This document shows, piece by piece, positions 56,839-64,000 of a stretch of 64,000 bases of DNA. Under the pieces are notes generated by a model, which was not told where the DNA came from, ran no database searches, and saw only the letters and a list, made by a program, of their open reading frames with translations. The first letter of the stretch is position 1, and each line of letters opens with the position of its first letter. Position numbers and translations under genes: made by a program. The stretch comes from Parcubacteria bacterium C7867-006 (GTDB taxonomy: Bacteria; Patescibacteriota; Minisyncoccia; Phycocordibacterales; DATDWN01), in the NCBI GenBank assembly GCA_001189155.1, contig LFCP01000001.1, forward strand, positions 147,779 to 211,778. Reading direction: 5' to 3'.

Positions 56839-57773
56839 TGTCTAAATATCTAGTAACAGGTGGGGCGGGGTTTATTGGTTCGAATATTGTGAAAAGACTA
56901 GTCGAAGAGGGAAAGGATGTGAGAGTTTTAGATAATCTCTCTACAGGAAAGATAAAGAACATCGAGCCTTTTCTCGACAAGATAGAGTTCATTGATGGCG
57001 ACTTTACTGATATTGAAGTTGCTCGGTCTGCTGTAAAAGGCGTGGACTACGTAATACACACAGGGGCTATACCTTCTGTACCACGTTCTATTGATGATCC
57101 AGTAAAAACAAACGCATCAAATATAACCGGAACACTCAACCTCCTCATTGCTTCTCGTGATGAAAAAGTAAAACGTTTTGTGTATTCAGCTTCGTCATCT
57201 GCATATGGAGACTCACCAGTAATGCCGAAGGAAGAAACTATGCCGATAGCTCCAAAGTCTCCATATGCAATACAGAAACTAGTTGGTGAGATGTATTGTC
57301 AGAATTTTTATAAATTATTTGGATTAGAGACTGTGTGTCTACGATACTTTAATGTGTTTGGTCCCAATCAAGATCCAGAGTCTGTTTACTCCGCAGTAAT
57401 ACCTTTGTTTATTAAAAAGCTACAAAAAGGTGAGTCACCAGTTATATTTGGAGACGGACTAACTTCTAGAGATTTTACTTATGTAGATAATAATGTTGAT
57501 GCAAACCTGCGAGCGTGTGTTGCAGACTCAGCTTGTGCAGGAGAGGTTATAAACATTGCTTGTGGGTATGAGATATCACTGAACCAGTTAGTTGAGAAAA
57601 TAAACACGGAGCTTGGAACTGATATAAAACCAGAATATAAAGATGAACGAGCCGGAGATGTAAAACACTCACTAGCAGACATTTTAAAAGCAGAAAAACT
57701 TTTGGGCTACAAACCTCTAGTTAGTTTTGAAGAAGGACTCAGAAAAACAATAGAGTTTTATAAAAACAAATAA
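56838..57773 (+). CDS. NAD-dependent epimerase/dehydratase (UDP-GlcNAc/Glc 4-epimerase, WbpP-like)
   Basis: VTGGAGFIGS, SVPRSI, YAIQK, RYFNVFGP, RDFTYV. Confidence 0.92.
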   Translation: MSKYLVTGGAGFIGSNIVKRLVEEGKDVRVLDNLSTGKIKNIEPFLDKIEFIDGDFTDIEVARSAVKGVDYVIHTGAIPSVPRSIDDPVKTNASNITGTLNLLIASRDEKVKRFVYSASSSAYGDSPVMPKEETMPIAPKSPYAIQKLVGEMYCQNFYKLFGLETVCLRYFNVFGPNQDPESVYSAVIPLFIKKLQKGESPVIFGDGLTSRDFTYVDNNVDANLRACVADSACAGEVINIACGYEISLNQLVEKINTELGTDIKPEYKDERAGDVKHSLADILKAEKLLGYKPLVSFEEGLRKTIEFYKNK

Positions 57774-57808
57774 ACAAAAAACCTCCAAATTTGGAGGTTT
57801 TTTGTTTA
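57771..57808. terminator. Bidirectional intrinsic terminator
   Basis: TAAACAAAAAACCTCCAA-at-TTGGAGGTTTTTTGTTTA palindrome between convergent genes. Confidence 0.8.
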
Positions 57809-58048
57809 TTTAGTTTCTTCCTTCTTTGTTTCAGTATACTCCGCCTCTTTCGCTTTAGCTTCTGGGTGTTTTGGAATAATTATTGTAGCAACGATGTAAC
57901 CTAGAATTGCAGGAACAACTCCTGTCATAATTGCTAGCACTATAAAAACAAGCCGAAGAACTGTAGGATCAATATCTACATATTCACCTATACCACCTAT
58001 AACTCCAGCTAGTATTTTGTCATCTTTACTTTTATATAGCTTTCTCAT
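57806..58048 (-). CDS. PspC domain protein
   Basis: KLYKSKDDKILAGVIGGIGEYVDIDPTVLRL...YIVATIIIP. Confidence 0.9.
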   Translation of the reverse strand: MRKLYKSKDDKILAGVIGGIGEYVDIDPTVLRLVFIVLAIMTGVVPAILGYIVATIIIPKHPEAKAKEAEYTETKKEETK

Positions 58049-58061
58049 TTTTTTAATTTAA

Positions 58062-59312
58062 CTATTTTTTATTAGCGATTTCTTCTTTTAACTTTGCAAG
58101 AAGTTCTTCTGCTCCCATCTGTCCTAACTGGCCCGCATCTCTTGACTCTAGGGTTACTTTGCCAGCTTCAACTTCTTTATCTCCTAGTACAATCCAATAC
58201 GGTATTTTATTTGTTTTAGCGTCACGAACTTTTGTACCAAGGTTTTCATCGGCAAGATCTATTTCAGAACGAATTCCTGCTTCAATAAGCATCTGGTTAA
58301 TTTTTTGCGCGTACTCATTATGGTTTTCTCGAACAGGAATAACTTTGACCTGAGTAGGTGATAACCATAGCGGGAAAGAGCCTTTGTAGTGTTCGATGAT
58401 AAAGGCCATCACTCTCTCGATAGCTCCGATAGATGATCGGTGTACGACAACAGCCTGTTGCTCAGAGCCATCTTTTGCTGTGTAAACAAGGTTAAATCTT
58501 TTTGGCATAACAAAGTCGTACTGAACAGTGAAAGCTGTATTTTCGATACCTCGAACATCTTTCATTTGGATGTCTATCTTTGGTCCATAGAAAGCGGCTT
58601 CGTCTTTTGCTTCGTTAAACTTTACTCCTTGTCCTTGTAGTACTTCTCTTAGAATTCCTTCAGATTTTTCCCAGGCATCATCATCTTTGTAATACTTTTT
58701 ATCATCAGCTCTGTCGCCAAGAGAAAGCCTGTACCAGAAATCCTCACCCTTTTTTAGTCCAAAAGTTCCAGCTACTTCTTCGATAAGATCTAGAACATTT
58801 TTTACTTCTTCTTTTGCTTGCTCGTCATCCGCACAGATAATGTGTGAGTCGGCAAGACAGAATGAACGTACTCGAACAAGTCCAGATAGGTTTCCAGAAG
58901 CTTCGTATCGGTAAAGTTTTGCTATCTCGGCGATACGCATAGGTAGCTCTCTATATGAGTGAGGCTTTGAAAGGTAGAGCTCAAAATGATGAGGACAAGT
59001 CATTGGTCGGAGCATAAACTCTTCGTCATCCACAACGATAGGAGAGTACATAGTGTCTTTGTAGTATGGATAGTGTCCAGACTTTTTGTACAAATCAATC
59101 TTTGCAATATCAGGAGTCGTTACGTGTTTATATCCACGTTTGATTTCTAGATCTACAACAAACCTTTCTAGTTCACGTCGTATAGTTGTACCTTTTTCGG
59201 TGTATAGTGGGAGACCTTTTCCAACTGTATCTGAGAATACAAATAATCCTAATTCCTTACCAATGACTCGGTGGTCATTTTTGTCCATCTCATTGTTTTT
59301 GTCATTTTCCAT
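58062..59312 (-). CDS. thrS: Threonine-tRNA ligase lacking N-terminal TGS/editing domains
   Basis: DHRVIGKEL, LRPMTCPHH, RYEASG, EAAFYGPKID, VVHR; start taken as ATG 59312. Confidence 0.93.
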   Translation of the reverse strand: MENDKNNEMDKNDHRVIGKELGLFVFSDTVGKGLPLYTEKGTTIRRELERFVVDLEIKRGYKHVTTPDIAKIDLYKKSGHYPYYKDTMYSPIVVDDEEFMLRPMTCPHHFELYLSKPHSYRELPMRIAEIAKLYRYEASGNLSGLVRVRSFCLADSHIICADDEQAKEEVKNVLDLIEEVAGTFGLKKGEDFWYRLSLGDRADDKKYYKDDDAWEKSEGILREVLQGQGVKFNEAKDEAAFYGPKIDIQMKDVRGIENTAFTVQYDFVMPKRFNLVYTAKDGSEQQAVVVHRSSIGAIERVMAFIIEHYKGSFPLWLSPTQVKVIPVRENHNEYAQKINQMLIEAGIRSEIDLADENLGTKVRDAKTNKIPYWIVLGDKEVEAGKVTLESRDAGQLGQMGAEELLAKLKEEIANKK

Positions 59313-59404
59313 AGTAAATACAGCATACCACAACTAGTAGAAAATTGAATTGTATTGACGTTTACTACTTATTATGTGAGAGTTATTTATGGAGGACCAG
59401 AAAG

Positions 59405-59608
59405 ATGAAGACTCTGAATCTCAGCCAGACTGGTCGTGCTATGGTGACGACGGCGTTGATGTACTTTCTCTTCATCGCTGTCGCGATCACACTACTCCTC
59501 AGTATCGGGACGTTGGGGTGGTACCTGTTTCTGGCCGTGGTTATCGCTTTCGCGGCCTTGAGGGCCTACAGCGACTGGGACAGGAGGAACTGGAGGGGGT
59601 TTTTCTAA
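59405..59608 (+). CDS. GC-rich orphan two-TM small protein (cassette 6, 67 aa)
   Basis: TTGACG upstream; GGAGG SD at 59391-59395; two hydrophobic helices; WDRRNWRGFF tail. Confidence 0.62.
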   Translation: MKTLNLSQTGRAMVTTALMYFLFIAVAITLLLSIGTLGWYLFLAVVIAFAALRAYSDWDRRNWRGFF

Positions 59609-59619
59609 TCCTTCTCCAT

Positions 59620-59652
59620 AGGGCTACCCGCGATTTCGTCGCTGGTAGCCCT
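59620..59652 (+). terminator. GC-rich hairpin after cassette 6
   Basis: AGGGCTACC...GGTAGCCCT with inner GCGA/TCGC. Confidence 0.6.
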
Positions 59653-59683
59653 TCAGCTTTTATTGTGATTTTTGTCAGTGGAG

Positions 59684-59827
59684 GAAATAGTTTTTGAGAA
59701 ACATCCGCAGACGCCGAGCTTGGCGTTGTCAACGACCCGAGTATAACGAGGGCTCTTGACGACAAGGCGTTGAGGACAGAATGAGGCTTCCGTTGGAAGA
59801 AGCCGAATGTTTTCGAAAAACTATTTC
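59684..59827. repeat. 144-nt rod-like structured element next to the dnaE 3' end (candidate ncRNA or MITE)
   Basis: GAAATAGTTTTT/AAAAACTATTTC closing stem; ACGCC/GGCGT, GTTGTCAA/TTGACGAC, GGCTTC/GAAGCC. Confidence 0.65.
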
Positions 59828-59835
59828 TGAAACTT

Positions 59836-62800
59836 CTATTCCAACAATTTTACTTTATCAACCAAAATACTTTTTTCTCCATTTCTTAGAGAAAAAGTGC
59901 CTTTTATAACCACACAGCTTTCTGGTATTAATATATCTTGAAACTCTTCAAATATTTTTGGAAACGCAACTCCTTCAATTGTGTCAGTTAGATCTGATAT
60001 TTTTAAGAAAACCATTTTGTCTCCCTTTTTTGTGACGACAGGTTTTACCTCATCTATTATTCCACCAAAAACTATTGGCTGTTTTTCTTTTCCAGTTTCT
60101 TTTAATTTTTTAATATTATTTTCTCTACCTTCTAGTTTTTCTCGGAAAGATTCAAGTGGGTGTCCAGAAATATAGAGTCCAAGAAGTTCTTTTTCCCAAA
60201 GTAGTTTATCTGCAGAATTGCCGTGAGATGCTTTTTCTAAATCAATTTCTGTGACTTCTCCACTATTTATCATTCCACCGAAAAGAGAGTCTTGATCAGA
60301 TTCTTTTGCTCTTTCTTCTTTGTTAAAAGCCAACAGTCTATCTAGATTGTGAAGTAGAGTAAATCTGTATTGATCTTTGTCATCAGTATCTTTTGCTAGA
60401 GAGTCTAACGCCCCTGTTTTTATGAGGGATTCCATTGATTTTTTATTTAGGTTTTTGTCTTTTATGCGACTTAGGAAATCAGAAAGAGATTTGAATGGTC
60501 CATTTGCCTTTCTTTCGTCTATGATTGATGTGGCTATTCCTTCACCAAAATTTTTTATTGTAGAAAGTCCAAAACGGATAGTATCTATCTCCCCAGGATT
60601 TTTCGCCTTGTTTACTCCAAACCCTTCAAAAGAAAAGTTAACGTCTGGAGGAAGAACAGGTATGTTCATATGTTTACACTCACCGATTATTTCGGCAATC
60701 ATATCTGTGTCGCCAGATTCTGCTGTAAGAACAGCTGACATATATATAGCAGGGAAGTTGGCTTTCATATATGCGGTTTGATACGCGACACGTCCATAAC
60801 TCGCAGCGTGAGCTTTGTTGAAACCGTAACCCTGAAAAGGTTCAAACAAGAGCCATAGCTCTTCCGCTTTTTTCTCAGTCATTCCACCAAACTTTTGACA
60901 ACCCTCAACGAACTTCACATGTTGCTTCTTCATTTCCTCTGGGATTTTCTTTCCAACAGCTTTTCGGAATTTATCCACTTCACCCCAGTCGTAACCAGCT
61001 ATTTCAATGGCGGTATAGAGTAGGTCGTCCTGGTAAACAAGCACTCCAAAAGTTCTATCCAAAAAGTTTTTCATTTTTGGGTGTAGATATGTCACAGGTT
61101 TTTTGCCGTGCTTTCGCGCGATGTACTCGTTTATGTTATCCATCGGACCCGGTCGGTAAAGCGCCACCATCACGTTTATGTCGTGGATAGTTGTTGGCTT
61201 GAGTTCCTTCAGGGCCCGAGTCATTCCATCTCCATTTAGTTGGAAAAGTCCAATAGTTTCTCCTCGAGCCAGCATTTCAAAAGTTTTTTTATCATCTACT
61301 GGAACTGTATCCATATCAACATCTATTCCTTCTACTTTTTTTGTAATTTTTACAGCATCAGCCAATATTGATAGGTTTCTGATTCCAAGGAAGTCGAATT
61401 TTAGTAGCCCTACTCCGTCTTCACCAACAGCATGCATATCGTATTGAGTAATGATTTTGTTATCTCCTTTTGTATCGTACTGTAGTGGTACGTAGTCGGT
61501 AAGTGGAGTAGGTGAGATAACAACGCCAGCAGCGTGCACGGAGATATGGCGGGCACAACCTTCGATTTTTTTAGCCATATCAATTATTTTTTTTACGTCT
61601 TCATCGTCCGTATACATTTTTTTGAGTTCTGGATTTTCTTTTAAAGCTCTTTCGATTGTCATAGGGAATCCTTGTGCCCCCATTGGAATTGCCTTTGCAA
61701 TAGAGTCTCCAAGGCTGTATGGAAAACCAAGTGCGCGAGTTACATCACGAACAGAACCACGAGCAGCCATGGTACCGAACGTACCTATTTGAGCTACCTT
61801 ATCAATCCCATATTTTCCACGAGCATAGTCTATTACCTCGTCACGTCTGTTATCAGCAAAATCCATATCGATATCAGGAGCAGATGGTCTAGATGGATTG
61901 AGAAATCGCTCGAAAGGCAAATAGTATTCAATAGGATCTACATTTGTAATTCTAGTTAGATATGTTGTAAGGGAGCCTGCAACTGAACCTCGGATGTTTG
62001 TTAGTATTCCATGATCGTGGGCATAGTGCAGAAGATCGGACACAACGAGGAAATATGGAGCATAACCTTTATCTCTAATAACTTTTAATTCGTATTCTAA
62101 CCTCTCTATATATTCTGGAGTTTGTTTTAGATTTCTTTTTTCAAAACCTTCATACGCAATTTTTTTGAGTTCATCATCGTAAGACAAACCACTTTCAACA
62201 ATATAGTTTGGTAGGAACCATTTTCCAATAGATATTTCTAGATTACACCTATCAGCTATTTTTACTGTATTTTCTAGAGCTTCGGGTGTATCTTTGAAAA
62301 TTTTTTCAGCTTGTTTTTGAGTTATGAAAGAAAAGTCTTCATCACTTTCTTCTATTTTGTCATCATGTTGTGACTGAATAGAAAGTAGAGTTTGTCTGGC
62401 TATGCGGTCTTCTGAGCTTAGATAATAAACATCTTGAGCACCAACAATAGGTGTATTTGTATTTTTTGCAAATTGTATTATTTTTTTTGTATTTTCTTCA
62501 GTACCTTTTATTTCTGGATGGTGAGTTATTTCAAAATAAAGGTTTGGACCATCTTCGGTATCAGGAAAAGTTTTTTTATACCAAGACAACCTTTCATCTG
62601 CCTGTTCTGTATTTGAAAGTTGAAGAGATTTCGGTATGTCGCCACTCAAAGAAGGTATTATAGCAATAAGTCCCTCGTTGTATTTTTCTAAAAGTTCTCG
62701 GTCAATACGAGGTTTGTAGTAGAAACCTTCAAGATGGGCAAGAGTTACTAGCTTAATTAGATTTTTATACCCCGTATCATTTTTTGCTAGTAAGATTAGT

Positions 62801-63069
62801 CTGTATCTTTCTTTATCAATTCCAGATTGTTTATCTAGTCGGCTTCTATACGCAACATAAGCATCAATACCTATTATAGGTTTGATCTCTTTTTTCTTGC
62901 ACTTTTGGTAAAACTCTATCGCACCATATAAGTTGCAGTTATCAGTTAGAGCTATAGCAGTCTGTCCGTCTTTTACTGCTGCATCTATAAGGTCTGGGAT
63001 TTTTGGCAGAGCATTAAGTAGGGAATAATGAGAGTGGGTGTGAAGATGAATAAACTTTGAATCTGCCAT
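59836..63069 (-). CDS. dnaE: DNA polymerase III alpha subunit
   Basis: HLHTHSHYSLL PHP domain, RGSVAGS, FERFLNP, PDIDMDF, KFDFLG, YGFNKAHA. Confidence 0.96.
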   Translation of the reverse strand: MADSKFIHLHTHSHYSLLNALPKIPDLIDAAVKDGQTAIALTDNCNLYGAIEFYQKCKKKEIKPIIGIDAYVAYRSRLDKQSGIDKERYRLILLAKNDTGYKNLIKLVTLAHLEGFYYKPRIDRELLEKYNEGLIAIIPSLSGDIPKSLQLSNTEQADERLSWYKKTFPDTEDGPNLYFEITHHPEIKGTEENTKKIIQFAKNTNTPIVGAQDVYYLSSEDRIARQTLLSIQSQHDDKIEESDEDFSFITQKQAEKIFKDTPEALENTVKIADRCNLEISIGKWFLPNYIVESGLSYDDELKKIAYEGFEKRNLKQTPEYIERLEYELKVIRDKGYAPYFLVVSDLLHYAHDHGILTNIRGSVAGSLTTYLTRITNVDPIEYYLPFERFLNPSRPSAPDIDMDFADNRRDEVIDYARGKYGIDKVAQIGTFGTMAARGSVRDVTRALGFPYSLGDSIAKAIPMGAQGFPMTIERALKENPELKKMYTDDEDVKKIIDMAKKIEGCARHISVHAAGVVISPTPLTDYVPLQYDTKGDNKIITQYDMHAVGEDGVGLLKFDFLGIRNLSILADAVKITKKVEGIDVDMDTVPVDDKKTFEMLARGETIGLFQLNGDGMTRALKELKPTTIHDINVMVALYRPGPMDNINEYIARKHGKKPVTYLHPKMKNFLDRTFGVLVYQDDLLYTAIEIAGYDWGEVDKFRKAVGKKIPEEMKKQHVKFVEGCQKFGGMTEKKAEELWLLFEPFQGYGFNKAHAASYGRVAYQTAYMKANFPAIYMSAVLTAESGDTDMIAEIIGECKHMNIPVLPPDVNFSFEGFGVNKAKNPGEIDTIRFGLSTIKNFGEGIATSIIDERKANGPFKSLSDFLSRIKDKNLNKKSMESLIKTGALDSLAKDTDDKDQYRFTLLHNLDRLLAFNKEERAKESDQDSLFGGMINSGEVTEIDLEKASHGNSADKLLWEKELLGLYISGHPLESFREKLEGRENNIKKLKETGKEKQPIVFGGIIDEVKPVVTKKGDKMVFLKISDLTDTIEGVAFPKIFEEFQDILIPESCVVIKGTFSLRNGEKSILVDKVKLLE

Positions 63070-63119
63070 ATGTGCGAGTCATTATAGCACAGCCTAAAAT
63101 CAGTGATAATTAATAAAAA

Positions 63120-63148
63120 TTGACAATGTTTTAATGGTATAACATAAT
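63120..63148 (+). promoter_or_regulatory. Sigma70 promoter of cassette 7
   Basis: TTGACA-17 nt-CATAAT. Confidence 0.7.
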
Positions 63149-63173
63149 CAAAAAAGATCATTTGCGGGGTGCT

Positions 63174-63347
63174 ATGGGAGAAATCGTTCACGAAGTCCGT
63201 TGGCAAGTTCAGAACAACAGAAAGAATCTTCTGGAGTTCGGTGCAGTAATTGTGGTAATCCTTTTCACTGTTGCCGTGATTCTAGCTCCAGTTTTTGAGT
63301 TTGCGATAGGACTCGCAGCTTATATGGAAAGGAGGTTCTGGGGGTGA
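63174..63347 (+). CDS. GC-elevated orphan small membrane protein (cassette 7, gene a)
   Basis: GGGGT SD before ATG 63174; long hydrophobic segment. Confidence 0.55.
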   Translation: MGEIVHEVRWQVQNNRKNLLEFGAVIVVILFTVAVILAPVFEFAIGLAAYMERRFWG

Positions 63348-63592
63348 GCTTCATACACAAGGAAAGCCAGATCGGATCGGTTGCAATCATTGTCGGGTTG
63401 GTCTTCCTAGTCGCTGTTCTTGTCGGGTTATCCTCTAGTGCTGAGGAGCCTGTTCGAGCGACACTCTTGGGGATCTGTATCGCGTTTGCGATAACAGACC
63501 TTGCTCTGGTGCCCTATGTCTTCCAGAGTTTTCTTTTTTGGTGGCAACGCCGAAAAGAAGATAAGGAAGATGAAATGAGAAGGTACTGTTGA
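63344..63592 (+). CDS. GC-elevated orphan two-TM protein (cassette 7, gene b)
   Basis: AGGAGG upstream; GTGA overlap with the previous stop; two TMs and a charged tail. Confidence 0.6.
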   Translation: MSFIHKESQIGSVAIIVGLVFLVAVLVGLSSSAEEPVRATLLGICIAFAITDLALVPYVFQSFLFWWQRRKEDKEDEMRRYC

Positions 63593-63607
63593 GTTACCAA
63601 GTCGTTC

Positions 63608-63642
63608 AAGGGGTCACCGTGCTGAGCACAGTGACCCCTTTT
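63608..63642 (+). terminator. Terminator of cassette 7
   Basis: AAGGGGTCAC-CGTGCT-g-AGCACA-GTGACCCCTTTT. Confidence 0.75.
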
Positions 63643-63661
63643 AGTATGTTAAAATCTTTGT

Positions 63662-64000
63662 ATGAAAATTGTCGGTATAGATGAAGTTGGTCGAGGACCC
63701 CTAGCTGGACCAGTTACAGTCTGTGCAGTTTCCTGTGATGAAAAAATATATAAATCTCTTTTTAAAAATAAAAATCTTCCAGCTTTAGGAAAAGATAGTA
63801 AAAAATTAAAAGAAAAAGACCGTGAATTTTATAACAAATATTTAAAAAAATTATCAAAAGAAGGGGTTATTGATTATCAGGTCGTTCACATATCAAATCT
63901 AGTAATAGATAAAAAGGGTATTTCTTATTCAATAAAAAAAGCTATACAGACTTCAATTTATAAGCTTAAAATAGACAAAAATTCAAAAATTCTTTTAGAT
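63662..64000 (+). CDS. rnhB: Ribonuclease HII, truncated by window end
   Basis: Not in the ORF track. MKIVGIDEVGRGPLAGPVTVCAV...KDSKKL. Confidence 0.92.
   Translation, partial: MKIVGIDEVGRGPLAGPVTVCAVSCDEKIYKSLFKNKNLPALGKDSKKLKEKDREFYNKYLKKLSKEGVIDYQVVHISNLVIDKKGISYSIKKAIQTSIYKLKIDKNSKILLD

Noticed and set aside
59389-59765. ORFs 59389-59697 (plus) and 59541-59765 (minus)
   Set aside because: They run through hairpins and lack translation signals. The 59405 frame has an SD and a coherent two-TM product.
1-64000. CRISPR array, rRNA, IS/integrase, DGR reverse transcriptase, alternative genetic code
   Set aside because: I saw no regularly spaced direct repeats or recognisable motifs for these. 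Long genes are intact under the standard code and TGA acts as a stop.

Overview
This is an AT-rich (about 30-35% GC by spot counts) bacterial chromosome segment in the standard genetic code. Its gene content and shortened proteins (ThrRS without the N-terminal editing region, PheT without the OB domain, 165-aa EF-Ts, split transketolase) point by inference to a Patescibacteria/CPR (Parcubacteria-like) genome. It carries an MFS/HlyD/MarR efflux operon, a mannose/GH130 cluster, rnj, secG, lemA, nrdAB, a gap/pentose-phosphate cluster, translation genes (rplY, rpmE2, prfA, rpsB, tsf, pheS/pheT, thrS), gyrB, dnaE, the start of rnhB and four tRNAs (Gln-CTG, Ser-GGA, Gly-CCC, Thr-TGT). I saw no CRISPR array, integrase, transposase or rRNA. 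Most notable observations: (1) seven dispersed GC-rich (about 50-60%) self-contained mini-cassettes, each with a promoter, a G-rich Shine-Dalgarno, one or two orphan ORFs and a 3' hairpin, in a genome whose own genes look largely leaderless; (2) several 85-145-nt rod-like inverted repeats abutting gene 3' ends, whose wobble pairs favour the antisense strand; (3) a candidate RSPP ribosome-arrest leader peptide with a hairpin in front of a membrane-protein gene; (4) a class Ic (Mn/Fe, Tyr-to-Phe) ribonucleotide reductase; (5) pheS with an internal deletion and frameshift; (6) an unannotated 18-aa basic peptide. All family calls come from motif recognition by eye, not database searches.
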